From NCBI GenBank assembly GCA_046292385.1, contig JBKBRF010000017.1, forward strand, positions 32,001 through 96,000: 64,000 bases of DNA, read 5' to 3'. The stretch comes from Armatimonadota bacterium (lineage in GTDB: Bacteria; Armatimonadota; SYMT01). The position numbers were made by a program, and so were the translations under genes. The notes below the pieces were generated by a model. That model saw nothing but the letters and a program-made list of their open reading frames with translations. It was not told the DNA's origin and did no database searches. This document shows, piece after piece, positions 25,500-35,738 of this stretch (position 1 is its first letter; each line of letters starts with the position of its first letter).

Positions 25500-27182
25500 C
25501 TATTCCGGCTCCTGAATAGTGAGGTACTGGTCCCCGGCTACGTTTCGCAGCCGGGTCCGCTTGCCGGAAGGCCAGTCGATCTCGACGCGGTCCGCTGCCG
25601 GGGCGCCTCCGAGCCCGACGAGGACGCGCGGATCGTTAGAGGAAAGCAGGCTCCCGGACGGCTGCGCTTCCAGGCGCTGCGTTCGACCGCCCGTCGTAAC
25701 CCGAATGCGTGCGCCGATGCCGTCCCGGTTGCTCCGTGTCCCGCGCAGCCGGATCCCCAGCCAGTGGCCGGTCGACTCCAGGCAGTTCCGGAGCAGCAGC
25801 GGCTGTCCTTCCAGATCGATGACCAGCGCGTCCACGCGGCCATCGTCGTCGAAGTCGCCGAACGCCGCTCCGCGCCCCACGATCTCGCGGAGGCCCGGCA
25901 GAGCGGCAGCCGAGACATCGTGGAACTTACCCTGCTGGTTGCGCAGCAGCAGCAGCGGCTGACGATACCGCTCGACCGAGCGGAGCTGCTCGACGTTGTC
26001 CTCTACGTGTCCGTTCACCACCAGGAGGTCTCTCCAACCATCATGGTCGAAGTCGAGGAACCTCGCTCCGAAGCCGACCAGCGGGTGGGTGGGACCGCCT
26101 ACTCCGGCGGAGTAGCTTTCTTCGCTAAAGACGCTGCCGTCGCTGCGGTAGAGGGCCGTCGCCTGGGCGCTGAAGGTGGTGACCAGCAGGTCGCTCCGGC
26201 CGTCGTTGTCGTAGTCGCCCCAATCGACTCCCATCCCCCCCTGGCGCCGGCCGTTCGCATCGTAGGCGGTGCCACTCTCGATGCCGATGTTCTTGAAACC
26301 GACGGCACCCCCGGCCGCGCCCTGATTGAGGAAGAGGTCCCCGGCAATCATGTCGTTCGCCAGGTACAGGTCGGGCCAGCCGTCGTCGTTGAAGTCCTGG
26401 AACATCGCGCCCCAGGTCCGGCCGTGGGCGGTGTGCAGTCCCGAGGCGCGAGTCGCCTCCCGGAAACGACCCCCGCCCAGGCCCCGGTAGAAGCGGCCGA
26501 TCTCCGGCTGATACAACTCCGGCCCGCAGACGGCCGATACGTCGCCATGGCGGCAGTACCGCTGGTCACGCGCCGGATCGAAGCGGGCGAACGCGCCGAT
26601 GTACAGGTCGAGCAGTCCGTCCCGATCGACGTCTCCGAACGCGATGCTCTGGCCCCAGGTGGGGAAAGTGACTCCGGAGGAGCGCGTGACGTTGACGAAC
26701 CGCCCCTCCCGATTCTCGAGCATCGCCCCGCAGCGGTATCCGGAGAGGCAGAGATCCGGGTCTCCGTCGTTATCCCAGTCCGCCGCGCCCACGCCGATCC
26801 AGAACCCGGGGAGCGACAGCCCTGTCTCCGCGGTCACGTCGGTGAACCGGCCCCGGTCGTTTCGGAACAGCGCGGGGAGGCCCCGTCCGACCAGGAGTGC
26901 GTCGAGGTCGCCGTCGCTATCGTAGTCGAGCCAGGCGCAGCCGGAGCCGTTCGTCTCCAGAATGTCGCGCGGGCGCTCGGTCGGCTCGTTGGCGGAATAC
27001 CGGATGCCGCGCTCCGCCGCCTCGTCCACGAAGACCCGCTCGCCGCCTTCCACTGCGCGCGCGGGGGTGGGCGCGGGCGCGGCGGTGCCGTGGGTGCGGC
27101 AGCCCCCGCCCCACAGCAGGGCTGCGGGGACGGAGAGCGCCGCCAGGACCCGGCCTTTAGTGGAAGTGAGACTCGATTTCAC
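25500..27182 (-). CDS. CRTAC1 family protein (FG-GAP repeats plus ASPIC/UnbV)
   Basis: Many DxDxDGxxDL motifs; GRGAAFGDFDDDG, NRDGIGARI, GLG, IDWPSG. Confidence 0.92.
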   Translation of the reverse strand: MKSSLTSTKGRVLAALSVPAALLWGGGCRTHGTAAPAPTPARAVEGGERVFVDEAAERGIRYSANEPTERPRDILETNGSGCAWLDYDSDGDLDALLVGRGLPALFRNDRGRFTDVTAETGLSLPGFWIGVGAADWDNDGDPDLCLSGYRCGAMLENREGRFVNVTRSSGVTFPTWGQSIAFGDVDRDGLLDLYIGAFARFDPARDQRYCRHGDVSAVCGPELYQPEIGRFYRGLGGGRFREATRASGLHTAHGRTWGAMFQDFNDDGWPDLYLANDMIAGDLFLNQGAAGGAVGFKNIGIESGTAYDANGRRQGGMGVDWGDYDNDGRSDLLVTTFSAQATALYRSDGSVFSEESYSAGVGGPTHPLVGFGARFLDFDHDGWRDLLVVNGHVEDNVEQLRSVERYRQPLLLLRNQQGKFHDVSAAALPGLREIVGRGAAFGDFDDDGRVDALVIDLEGQPLLLRNCLESTGHWLGIRLRGTRSNRDGIGARIRVTTGGRTQRLEAQPSGSLLSSNDPRVLVGLGGAPAADRVEIDWPSGKRTRLRNVAGDQYLTIQEPE

Positions 27183-28359
27183 TGAGCAGCCTGGAGGCGT
27201 CGGTATCGGCAGGATTACGGCGGATCGCGGAGAGCACGGCCTTGTGCGCCGGCTCCCAGAGCTCCATGTCGCGGTAGAGGCGGGCGAGGGCGACCCAATG
27301 CTTCGCCTCGTCCGGTTGAAGCGCCACGCGGTCGTGCAGCTTGACGCGCTGCTGCTCGAAGCGGTCCCATTTCTGGAACTCGGCGTCCACCTGCTTCGCC
27401 TCCGCGCTGCGTCCGAGCGCGCGCAGGGAGCGGGCGAGCGCGTAGCGGGCGGAGTTCAAAGACGGGTCGGCGCGCAAGGCGAACCGGAATTGCTGCTCCG
27501 CTTCCAGGTGCTTTCCCTCGGACTGGAGCACGGTGCCGAGGCCGGTATAGGCGCGCCCGGAGGTTTCACCCAGGGAGGTGGCGCGCTCGAATGCCGCCCG
27601 CGCGCGCTCCCGTTGGGCCGCGCCCCCCAGGAGGAGCGCCTGCCCGAGCTGGGTGTGGGTGTTGGGGTCCTTCGGCGCGGCGGCGACCGCCGCTTCGGCG
27701 TGCCGCTCCGCCTCGGCGAGCTTGCCGAGCTGCATTGCGGCTTCCGAAGCGAGCACCAGCGCCGCCGCGCTCCCCGGGTCGAGCGCCGCGGCGTGCTCGA
27801 AGTCGGCCAGCGCCTTTCCGTAGTCTCGCTGCCGCAGGACGGCGTCTCCGCGCAGGAGCCAGGCCTGCACGTTCTTCGGGTCCGACTGGATCGCGGCGTC
27901 GGCCGCCTGGAACTGCCGGCGCCACGCCTCCTGACCCTGGTAGAGCATGGCGAGGCCGAGGTAGGCGTCGGTGCTGGCGGGATCGTCCTGGATCGCCTGC
28001 CGCAGGTGCAGCAGCGCCTCCTGGTCCCGCCCGATCGAGACGAGGAGCGATCCCAGCGTGGCGCGCGCGCGGCTGAACTTGGGATCGATCTTGAGCGCCT
28101 CTTCCAGGGCGGCGAAGCCCTGGTCCGCCTGTCCCAGCTCCAGCTTCTTTCGCGCCAGGTAGTACTGCACCAGCGGATCGTCTTTCCGCGCGGCTTCCTT
28201 CTCAAGCTGCTGCACCGACATCCGCGCGAGCTGCGGCTCCCGCGGCGTGGGGTTGAACCAGATGCGCTGGATGCCCAGGGCGACGAGGCACAGCGCCAGG
28301 CCGCCGGTCAGCAGCGACAGGCGTTTGCGTTGGGACGGGTTCAGTGCAGCAGGTCGCAT
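27157..28359 (-). CDS. TPR-repeat protein with N-terminal membrane anchor
   Basis: Canonical TPR repeats (ALKIDP, AIQDDP, AALDP); overlaps the CRTAC1 start. Confidence 0.88.
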   Translation of the reverse strand: MRPAALNPSQRKRLSLLTGGLALCLVALGIQRIWFNPTPREPQLARMSVQQLEKEAARKDDPLVQYYLARKKLELGQADQGFAALEEALKIDPKFSRARATLGSLLVSIGRDQEALLHLRQAIQDDPASTDAYLGLAMLYQGQEAWRRQFQAADAAIQSDPKNVQAWLLRGDAVLRQRDYGKALADFEHAAALDPGSAAALVLASEAAMQLGKLAEAERHAEAAVAAAPKDPNTHTQLGQALLLGGAAQRERARAAFERATSLGETSGRAYTGLGTVLQSEGKHLEAEQQFRFALRADPSLNSARYALARSLRALGRSAEAKQVDAEFQKWDRFEQQRVKLHDRVALQPDEAKHWVALARLYRDMELWEPAHKAVLSAIRRNPADTDASRLLSEIESHFH

Positions 28360-28766
28360 AGACTTCAGCGAGACGGGGGCAGAGCGATGCAGTGAGGTTA
28401 ACTTGGACACGCTGGCAGACAGTTCCCTCCGCCCCGCACTTCCACCGCAGGACGAAGCTCGGGTGCTACCGAACCTAGCTATTCAAAGGCGGAGGGATCG
28501 GCGAACCGGCCGATCCGGAGTCGTTCGCCGGAACCGCGATCGGAAATGAAGCTGCCAGTCGTTCTCCTCACTGCGGGAGCGCCGGTGTTGTCCGTCCTCC
28601 CCGACCGGCCGCCGGCGCGGCCCCTCCGCCGGACGGATCGACGCTTTGCCCACGCGTCACGACCACCGCGGTGGGCTGCCACCCCCGGCCCCGGCCCCGG
28701 CCCCGCGCGACCGCGGCTTGCCGCCGCGCGGACGGCGGCGGGAGGTCGGAGGAAGAGGGAACTGCT

Positions 28767-29792
28767 ATGAGCGGGACAGTGCTGTCCGAATCGGAGCACC
28801 GCAGCGCGCCTCGGCGCGGCGGCCGGAAGCTGAAGCTGCTGTTGGCGGCGCTGGCGGTCCTCGCGGCGGCCGGGACCGGGACCTGGTACGTAGCGTTCCG
28901 GCTGCCGGCGGAGCGTGCCCGGGCGGCGTTCGAGACGGCGGCGCGCGGAGTGGAGCAGCAGCAGTCCGGCGACCTGGAGGCGGCCATCCGCTCGTTTCAA
29001 GCGGCCACCCGGCTCGATGCGGACAACTCACGCGCGTGGCTGCTGCTGGGCCAGGCGCATCGTGAGCGGGCGTCCGACTCCGCCGAGGGTCTGAAGGCGC
29101 TGGAGAGGGCGAGCGCGCTCGCCCCCACGGAGGCGCCGGTGGTCCGGGAATACGGCTTTGCGCTGCGGCAGACGGGCCGTTTCGAGAAAGCCCGGGACGT
29201 GCTGCGCCGCGTGGTGGCGCTCGATCCGACCGACGCCGCCGCCCGGGTGGAGCTCGCCCAGGCTCATCTGGGTCTCGACGGCTCACCGGAGAACCTGGAG
29301 GCGGCGATCAGCGAATTGAGAACGGGCCTGGACCTGGAGCCCGGCAACGCGCGAGCCCGCTACTTCCTGGCGCGGACTCTGTTCCAGCGCGAGCAGCTGC
29401 CGGAGGCGGAGCGAGAGTTCAAGCTCACGCTTTCGCTGCTTGCCGCCGGAGCCCGGCAGAGTCCCGGAATCATGGATGGCTTTCTGAACAACTCGGCGCG
29501 CTGGCTGAGCTTCGTCAAGAGCGCCCACCACTACCTGGGGCAGATCGCCTACCGCAGCCGGCGGGACGCCGAGGCGGCACGCTACCGCGCAGTGCACGAA
29601 GACATCAAGCGGTACCTCGAAGTGACGAGGGAGCCGTTTCGCATGCTGACGGTGGACGCGAACGATCCGGCCGCCAGGGCGGCGCTGAGTAAGATCTACG
29701 TGCGCTTTGGCTTCCCCAGGAGCGGTCCGGACGGCGCCGCCGCGGCCCGCCGGTGGATTCCCTCGGTGGCGGAGCCGAAGGGCGATGAGTAG
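28767..29792 (+). CDS. TPR-repeat protein with N-terminal membrane anchor
   Basis: GAGGGA RBS; KLLLAALAVLAAAG; TPR repeats. Confidence 0.85.
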   Translation: MSGTVLSESEHRSAPRRGGRKLKLLLAALAVLAAAGTGTWYVAFRLPAERARAAFETAARGVEQQQSGDLEAAIRSFQAATRLDADNSRAWLLLGQAHRERASDSAEGLKALERASALAPTEAPVVREYGFALRQTGRFEKARDVLRRVVALDPTDAAARVELAQAHLGLDGSPENLEAAISELRTGLDLEPGNARARYFLARTLFQREQLPEAEREFKLTLSLLAAGARQSPGIMDGFLNNSARWLSFVKSAHHYLGQIAYRSRRDAEAARYRAVHEDIKRYLEVTREPFRMLTVDANDPAARAALSKIYVRFGFPRSGPDGAAAARRWIPSVAEPKGDE

Positions 29793-31476
29793 GCTCCGCA
29801 CCGGCTGGCTGCTGGCGTGGGCTCTGGCCGCCCTGGCGCTGGCGGGCTGCGAGTGGACGCGCGCCGCCGCCCCGAGCGCGGATCCGGGGTCCGCCCCGGA
29901 GCTCTCCGTGCCCTTTGAAGAGGTCTCGGCGGCGGCGGGAGTGGAGCTCGTGCAGGGCCATCCGGACCGCCTGCTCGACATCCGGGAGGTGACGGGCAGC
30001 GGCGCCGGCTTCCTCGACTTCGATGCGGACGGAGACCTCGACCTGGTCCTGCTGGCAACGGATCGCTGCGCGCTCTACCGGAACGAGGGGAGCGGTCGCT
30101 TTCAGGACGTTAGCGCGACCGCGGGACTCCCGCAGAAGGGGCAGTGGACCGCCTGCGCTGCCGGGGACTACGACGCCGACGGGTTTCCGGACCTGTTCCT
30201 GAACGGCTTCGATTGCGTGGCGCTTCTGCACAATGAAGGGGGGAAGCGGTTCCGAGACGTCACCGCCGCGGCCGGGTTGACGATCCCCAGCCTTCCGGAG
30301 CCCCACTTCGGCGTTAGCGCCGGCTGGGCCGATTACGATCGTGACGGGCAGCTGGACCTGTACGTGGGACGTTACGTCCGCTTCGGACCCAAGTCGCCGC
30401 GGTTCTGCCCCTCGCGGACGGGGGGGCTCGTAACCTGTGGCCCCGCGTACTACCAGCCGCAAATCGGCGCGCTCTACCGCAACGTGGGGGGCGGCCGGTT
30501 CGAGGAAGTCACCGAGTCCACCGGAGCGCATCGCGTAGACGGAAAGACGTGGGGCGTGCGGTGGCTCGACTTCGACGACGACGGGTGGGACGATCTGTAC
30601 CTGGCGAACGACGAAGTGGCGGGCAACCTGCTCCGGAACGTGGCTGGCAAGCGCTTCGAGGACGTGGCGGTTGCAGCCGGGGCCGCTTACGATCGGGACG
30701 GCCGCGTACATGGTGGGATGGGGGTCGACTCCGGCGACTTCGACGGGGACGGACGGCTCGACCTGATCGTCACCACGTTCGTGCGGGAGTCGTATAGCCT
30801 CTATCGCAACCTGGACGGGCGTACTTTCACCGACGTTGCCCCCGTTACCGACCTCGCCCAGCCGACGCATGCGCCGTCGGGCTGGGGGACCAAGCTGTTC
30901 GACTACGACAACGACGGTCGGCTCGACGTGATGTTCGTCAACGGCCACGCCACCGATACCGACACCAATCCGCAGGTCCGCGCCGACCTCGAGCAGTCGA
31001 TGCAGCTCTTCCGCAACGAAGGGAAGCGGTTCCAGAGTGTTCCCCTGGGAGCCCTGGCGAAGCCGATCGTGGGGCGCGGCGCGGCATTCGGGGACTACGA
31101 TAACGACGGCTTCTGCGACGTGGCCGTCATCGACATGGAAGGCCGCGCGCTCCTCCTCCGGAACCGCGGCGCCTCCGCCCCGGGCGGGGCCCACTGGATC
31201 GGCTTCCGGCTGGAGGGCGGAAACGGGAACCGGGACGCCCTGGGCGCGCGGGTCACGCTGCAGGCGGGCGGACGGAGCCAGGTGGCGGAGGTCCGCACCT
31301 GCGGGAGCGTCTTCTCCACGCACGACCCGCGGGTCCGGTTCGGCCTCGGCCCCTCCGCGGAGGTGCAGGAAGTGTCGGTGCGGTGGCCGGACGGAAAGCT
31401 GGAGCGCTTCACCGGGCTCGCGGCGGATCGGTATCACACGCTGACGCAGGGAAGGGGCGCGGCGGCGAAGCCGTGA
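29785..31476 (+). CDS. CRTAC1 family lipoprotein (FG-GAP plus ASPIC/UnbV)
   Basis: Lipobox LAGC; DxDxDG repeats; NRDALGARV; paralogous to 25500-27182. Confidence 0.92.
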   Translation: MSRLRTGWLLAWALAALALAGCEWTRAAAPSADPGSAPELSVPFEEVSAAAGVELVQGHPDRLLDIREVTGSGAGFLDFDADGDLDLVLLATDRCALYRNEGSGRFQDVSATAGLPQKGQWTACAAGDYDADGFPDLFLNGFDCVALLHNEGGKRFRDVTAAAGLTIPSLPEPHFGVSAGWADYDRDGQLDLYVGRYVRFGPKSPRFCPSRTGGLVTCGPAYYQPQIGALYRNVGGGRFEEVTESTGAHRVDGKTWGVRWLDFDDDGWDDLYLANDEVAGNLLRNVAGKRFEDVAVAAGAAYDRDGRVHGGMGVDSGDFDGDGRLDLIVTTFVRESYSLYRNLDGRTFTDVAPVTDLAQPTHAPSGWGTKLFDYDNDGRLDVMFVNGHATDTDTNPQVRADLEQSMQLFRNEGKRFQSVPLGALAKPIVGRGAAFGDYDNDGFCDVAVIDMEGRALLLRNRGASAPGGAHWIGFRLEGGNGNRDALGARVTLQAGGRSQVAEVRTCGSVFSTHDPRVRFGLGPSAEVQEVSVRWPDGKLERFTGLAADRYHTLTQGRGAAAKP

Positions 31477-31564
31477 ACTTGCTCTGCGGAGCGGTGCGTG
31501 AAGCCGGACCGCTCCGCGGCCCGCGCGACCGGCGCGGCCGCGGCCCCGGAAGCGGTCGCCCCTG

Positions 31565-34372
31565 ATGAACCTCTGGACCCTCGTCCTGCTCTGCTGCGTC
31601 CTTCTCTCGGCTGCCGGCGTCGCCGGCCCGGCCGACGCGCGCGACGGCGACGGTGCGATCCGCCCCGTCGCGCTGACCTGCGAGTACGCGGTGAACCCGC
31701 TCGGAGTCGACTCTCCCGCGCCCGCGCTCGGCTGGCAGCTCCGCGCGGCCGACCCGAAGGCGCGCGGCCTGTCGCAGTCCGCCTACCAGGTCCAGGTCGC
31801 CACCTCCCCCGCGCAGCTCCGCGCCGGCAAAGCCGACGTGTGGGACAGCGGCCGGGTGGAGTCCGCGGAGAGCGTGCAGGTGCCGTACGGCGGCCGGCCG
31901 CTCCGCTCCGGCGAGCGGGTCTACTGGCGGGTGCGGGCCTGGGACACGGCGGGAGCGCCTTCGCCCTGGAGCGAAGCGGCCTGGTGGGAGATGGGGCTGC
32001 TGCGGCCGGAAGACTGGTCCGCCCGCTGGATCGTCCGCGCGAACGACACCCCGCCGGCCGATCCGTATGGTGACGATCCGGCGCCGCTGCTGCGGCGGGA
32101 GTTTACGCTCAAGGCGAAACCGGCCCGCGCCCGCGTCTACGTGAGCGGCCTCGGCTACTATGAGCTGCGGCTGAACGGGGAGCGGGTGGGCGACCGCGTC
32201 CTCGACCCGGCGTGGACCACCTACTCGGAGCGGGTCTTCTACTCCGTCTACGACGTGACCGACCGGCTGCAGCGCGGCCGGAACGCGCTGGGCGCCATGC
32301 TCGGGGGCGGCTGGTACGACCCGCTCCCGCTGCCGCTCTTCAACCGCTTCAACCCGCGCGACGTGCTGCCGGTCGGCCCCATGCGCCTGGTCCTGCAGCT
32401 CGAGGTGGAGTACCCGGACGGCAGCCGCGAGCGGGTGGTGACCGACGACTCCTGGAAGGCGGCGGAAGGCCCCGTGGTCCGGAACAGCGTCTACCTGGGC
32501 GAGCACTACGACGCCCGCCGGGAGCAGCGGGGCTGGGACCGTCCCGGCTTCGACGACTCGGCGTGGGGCCCGGTCGCCCTCGCTTCCGGAGAGCTCGGCC
32601 CGCTGCAGGCGCAGCCTCTCGAGCCAATCCGGTTGGCGCGGACGGTCGAGACCGTCGCCCTCTCCGAGCCGCAGCCGGGCGTCTACATCTTCGACCTGGG
32701 CCAGAACCTGGCGGGCTGGGCGACCCTGCGCGTGAAGGGCCCCGCCGGGACGCAGGTGCGGATGCGCTACGGGGAGCTGCTGCATAAGGACGGCACGCTG
32801 AACCCGATGACCTCCGTCACCGGCCAGCTCAAGCAGGGCCGCCCCTTCCCCAACTCGGAGCGCCCGCCGATCGCCTGGCAGGAAGACCGCTACGTGCTGC
32901 GGGGCGGCGGGATGGAGGAGTACACGCCGCGCTTCACCTTCCACGGCTTCCGCTACGTGGAGGTGACCGGCTATCCCGGCAAGCCGGAGCGGAGCGCCGT
33001 GCGCGGCCACCTGCTCCACTCCGCCGTGGCGAGCGCCGGCGACTTCTCCTGCTCCAGCGAGCTGTTCAACCGGATCCAGGAGATGGTCCGCTGGACGCAG
33101 CTCAGCAACATGTTCAGCGTCCAGTCCGACTGCCCCCACCGGGAGAAGCTCGGCTACGGCGGGGATATCGTCGCCGCCAGCGAGATGGGGATGCTGAACT
33201 TCGACATGGCGCGCTTCTACGCCAAGACGGTGCTCGACTTCGCCGACGCACAGCGCCCGAACGGCGGCTTTACGGAGACGGCGCCCTACCTCGGCATCGC
33301 GGACGAGGGGCTCGGCGGCGGCGCGGGACCGGTCGGCTGGGGCACGGCGCACCCGCTGCTCCTGGCGCAGCTTCACCAGTACTACGGTAACCGCCGCCTG
33401 CTGGCGGAGCAGTACGACCGGGCCGCGGCCTGGATGAAGCTGCTCCAGGAGCGGGCGGTCAACGGCATTCTGGACAACGGCATCAGCGACCACGAGAGCC
33501 TGGTCCCCAAGCCGCGCGCCCTCACCGGCACCGCCTTCTACTACTACAACGCGCGGCTGCTGGAGCGGATGGCGCGCGTGCTGGGCAAAGAGGCGGACGC
33601 GCAGCGCTACGCCTCCCTGGCGGGGGAGATCGCGGAGGCGTTCAACCGGCGCTTCCGCCGCCCGGTGCGCGGCCTTTACGACTCCGGCACCCAGGCGTGC
33701 CAGGCCTTCGCCCTCTACATGGACCTGGTCCCGCCGGAAGACCGGGAGCTGGCACTTCAGCACCTGGTGAGCGACGTGATGACGGTGCGGGGCGGGCACC
33801 TCTCCACCGGGATCTTCGGGACGAAATACCTGCTCCTCTCCCTGAGCGACCTGGGCCGCGCGGACGTGGCCTACACGATCGCCGGGCAGCGGACCTTCCC
33901 CGGCTGGGGCCACATGCTGGAGAACGGCGCCACCACGCTCTGGGAGCACTGGGAGCTCAGCGACAACACCTTCTCCCACAACCACCCGATGTTCGGAACG
34001 GTGAGCGAGTGGTTCTTCAAAGCGGTCGCCGGCATCCAGCCGCATCCGGACGCCGTCGGCTTCGACCGCGTGGTGATCCGGCCTCAGCCGGGCGGCGGCC
34101 TCACCTGGGCGAGGGGAGAGTACCGGTCGGTCCGCGGCCTCGTCTCCTCGCGTTGGAAACGGGAGGGGGACCGCGTGAGCCTGGAGGTGGAGGTGCCGGT
34201 CAACGCCTCGGCCCTGGTCTACGTGCCGGCCCGCCGCGGGGAAGAAGTGCTGGAGGGCGGCCGCCCCGCGGCGGAGGCGCCCGGCGTGCGGCTCCTCCGG
34301 TGGGAGGGGAGCGCGGCGGTGTACGAAGTCGGCTCCGGGCGCTACCGGTTCTCCTCGCGTGGTATTCTTTAA
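31565..34372 (+). CDS. Alpha-L-rhamnosidase (GH78)
   Basis: WDSGRV, DLGQNLAGW, FTFHGFRYVEV, SDCPHREKLGYGGD, GATTLWEHW, SHNHPMFG. Confidence 0.95.
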   Translation: MNLWTLVLLCCVLLSAAGVAGPADARDGDGAIRPVALTCEYAVNPLGVDSPAPALGWQLRAADPKARGLSQSAYQVQVATSPAQLRAGKADVWDSGRVESAESVQVPYGGRPLRSGERVYWRVRAWDTAGAPSPWSEAAWWEMGLLRPEDWSARWIVRANDTPPADPYGDDPAPLLRREFTLKAKPARARVYVSGLGYYELRLNGERVGDRVLDPAWTTYSERVFYSVYDVTDRLQRGRNALGAMLGGGWYDPLPLPLFNRFNPRDVLPVGPMRLVLQLEVEYPDGSRERVVTDDSWKAAEGPVVRNSVYLGEHYDARREQRGWDRPGFDDSAWGPVALASGELGPLQAQPLEPIRLARTVETVALSEPQPGVYIFDLGQNLAGWATLRVKGPAGTQVRMRYGELLHKDGTLNPMTSVTGQLKQGRPFPNSERPPIAWQEDRYVLRGGGMEEYTPRFTFHGFRYVEVTGYPGKPERSAVRGHLLHSAVASAGDFSCSSELFNRIQEMVRWTQLSNMFSVQSDCPHREKLGYGGDIVAASEMGMLNFDMARFYAKTVLDFADAQRPNGGFTETAPYLGIADEGLGGGAGPVGWGTAHPLLLAQLHQYYGNRRLLAEQYDRAAAWMKLLQERAVNGILDNGISDHESLVPKPRALTGTAFYYYNARLLERMARVLGKEADAQRYASLAGEIAEAFNRRFRRPVRGLYDSGTQACQAFALYMDLVPPEDRELALQHLVSDVMTVRGGHLSTGIFGTKYLLLSLSDLGRADVAYTIAGQRTFPGWGHMLENGATTLWEHWELSDNTFSHNHPMFGTVSEWFFKAVAGIQPHPDAVGFDRVVIRPQPGGGLTWARGEYRSVRGLVSSRWKREGDRVSLEVEVPVNASALVYVPARRGEEVLEGGRPAAEAPGVRLLRWEGSAAVYEVGSGRYRFSSRGIL

Positions 34373-34431
34373 GAGCCTCTCAGAGGCGCGCTCGCCGCGC
34401 CCGCAGCCGAATACGCAACCGAGTAGTGACG

Positions 34432-35595
34432 ATGTCAGAAGAAAACGAGAACCCAGCCGAACAGCCGGGGCAGGAGCTCCGCGAGCATCTCTTCGAGGCG
34501 GACCTGGTCCAGCTTCCGCCGCCGGACAGCGACCTGGATGGGTTCCTGCCGAACTGGTTCGAGGGGAGTCTCCCCGCCCTGGTCTATCCCCCGCTCGCCG
34601 AGCGGAACCTGGCGGACGGGGACACGGTGGACCTGCAGATCACGCCGTACCACCTCTACTACGGGGCGCTGCGAGAGCTGGCGGAGACCGCGGAGGCGGA
34701 GCGCGGCGACACGCTGCGCCGCCTGATCGGCGAGTGGAACCCGCAGGCCGCCTACGAGGTGTGCGAGATCGCGCGGCTCTACGTAGAGCACGATCCGGAG
34801 ACCGCGCTGCTCCACTACGAGCTGGCGCTGGAGCTGGAGCCGGAGCTGTACGAGGCGACGCAGGACGCCGGCATGTGCCAGTACGCGCTCTCGACGGTCG
34901 AAGAAGAGGACCCGGAAGAGCGGCGGGACGCCGCGGAAGAGCTGTTCCGGCGGGCGATCGAGCTGCGGCCGCAGTCCGGCCTCTCCTGGTGGAGCCTGGC
35001 CCGGCTGCTGAACGACCGGGGCGATGCTGCCGGCGCCCGGGGCGTGCTGGAGCAGTTCCTGCGGGAGCAGCCGGAGGGCGAGCACCGGGAAATGATCGAG
35101 CAGGCGCTGGGGGCCGGCTTCGAAGGGGAGCAGCCTTCCGACGAGCAACTGCTCTTCCAGCAGGCGCAGGCGCTGGCGTTCGGAGAGAACCCCGCGGAGG
35201 CGGTGGAGATGCTCACCCCGCTGGCGGAAGCCTATCCGGACAGCCCGCAAATCTGGTTCGTGCTGGGCGGCGCGCACCGCCGCGCGGGCGACTACGCGGA
35301 GGCGGAGCGCTGCCTGCGCCGCGCCTCCCGCCTGGCGCCGGCGGAGCCGTTCATCTGGTGGGAGCTGGCCAGCGCCTACGCGGAGACGGAGCAGTGGCGC
35401 GCGGCGGAAGACGCCAGCCGCCGGGGCCTGGAGTTCGACCCGGAAAACCCCGGCTTCCTGGTGGTGCTGGGCCGGGCGCTCCTGGGCCAGGGCGACCGCG
35501 AGGCAGCGGAGGACGCCATCTACCGCGCGCAGGAGCTGATCCCGGACGATCCGGAGGTCCAGGCCGCCGTCCAGGCCCTGGAGAGCTCCCGGTAG
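34432..35595 (+). CDS. Acidic cytoplasmic TPR-repeat protein
   Basis: TPR repeats (ALELEP, AIELRP, ASRLAP, GLEFDP). Confidence 0.85.
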   Translation: MSEENENPAEQPGQELREHLFEADLVQLPPPDSDLDGFLPNWFEGSLPALVYPPLAERNLADGDTVDLQITPYHLYYGALRELAETAEAERGDTLRRLIGEWNPQAAYEVCEIARLYVEHDPETALLHYELALELEPELYEATQDAGMCQYALSTVEEEDPEERRDAAEELFRRAIELRPQSGLSWWSLARLLNDRGDAAGARGVLEQFLREQPEGEHREMIEQALGAGFEGEQPSDEQLLFQQAQALAFGENPAEAVEMLTPLAEAYPDSPQIWFVLGGAHRRAGDYAEAERCLRRASRLAPAEPFIWWELASAYAETEQWRAAEDASRRGLEFDPENPGFLVVLGRALLGQGDREAAEDAIYRAQELIPDDPEVQAAVQALESSR

Positions 35596-35738
35596 GGGTC
35601 GGCCCCCCGGCCAAGCGACTCTTGCGAACAGGCCCTCGACCCCGCCCCTCGGAGGTCGAGGGCCTGTTCGGCTAAGGTTTGGCCTCCCGGCCCCGCCCGG
35701 TACGTCAGACCAGGACCTGGGCGGGATCCGGGCCGCCG

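Noticed and set aside
28411..28766. Small ORFs between the divergent TPR genes
   Set aside because: Low-complexity translations without RBS or family motifs; treated as a divergent promoter region.
31409..34045. 878-aa minus-strand ORF and the many other long Arg/Pro/Gly-rich overlapping ORFs
   Set aside because: Shadow frames of genuine high-GC genes, with no recognisable motifs.
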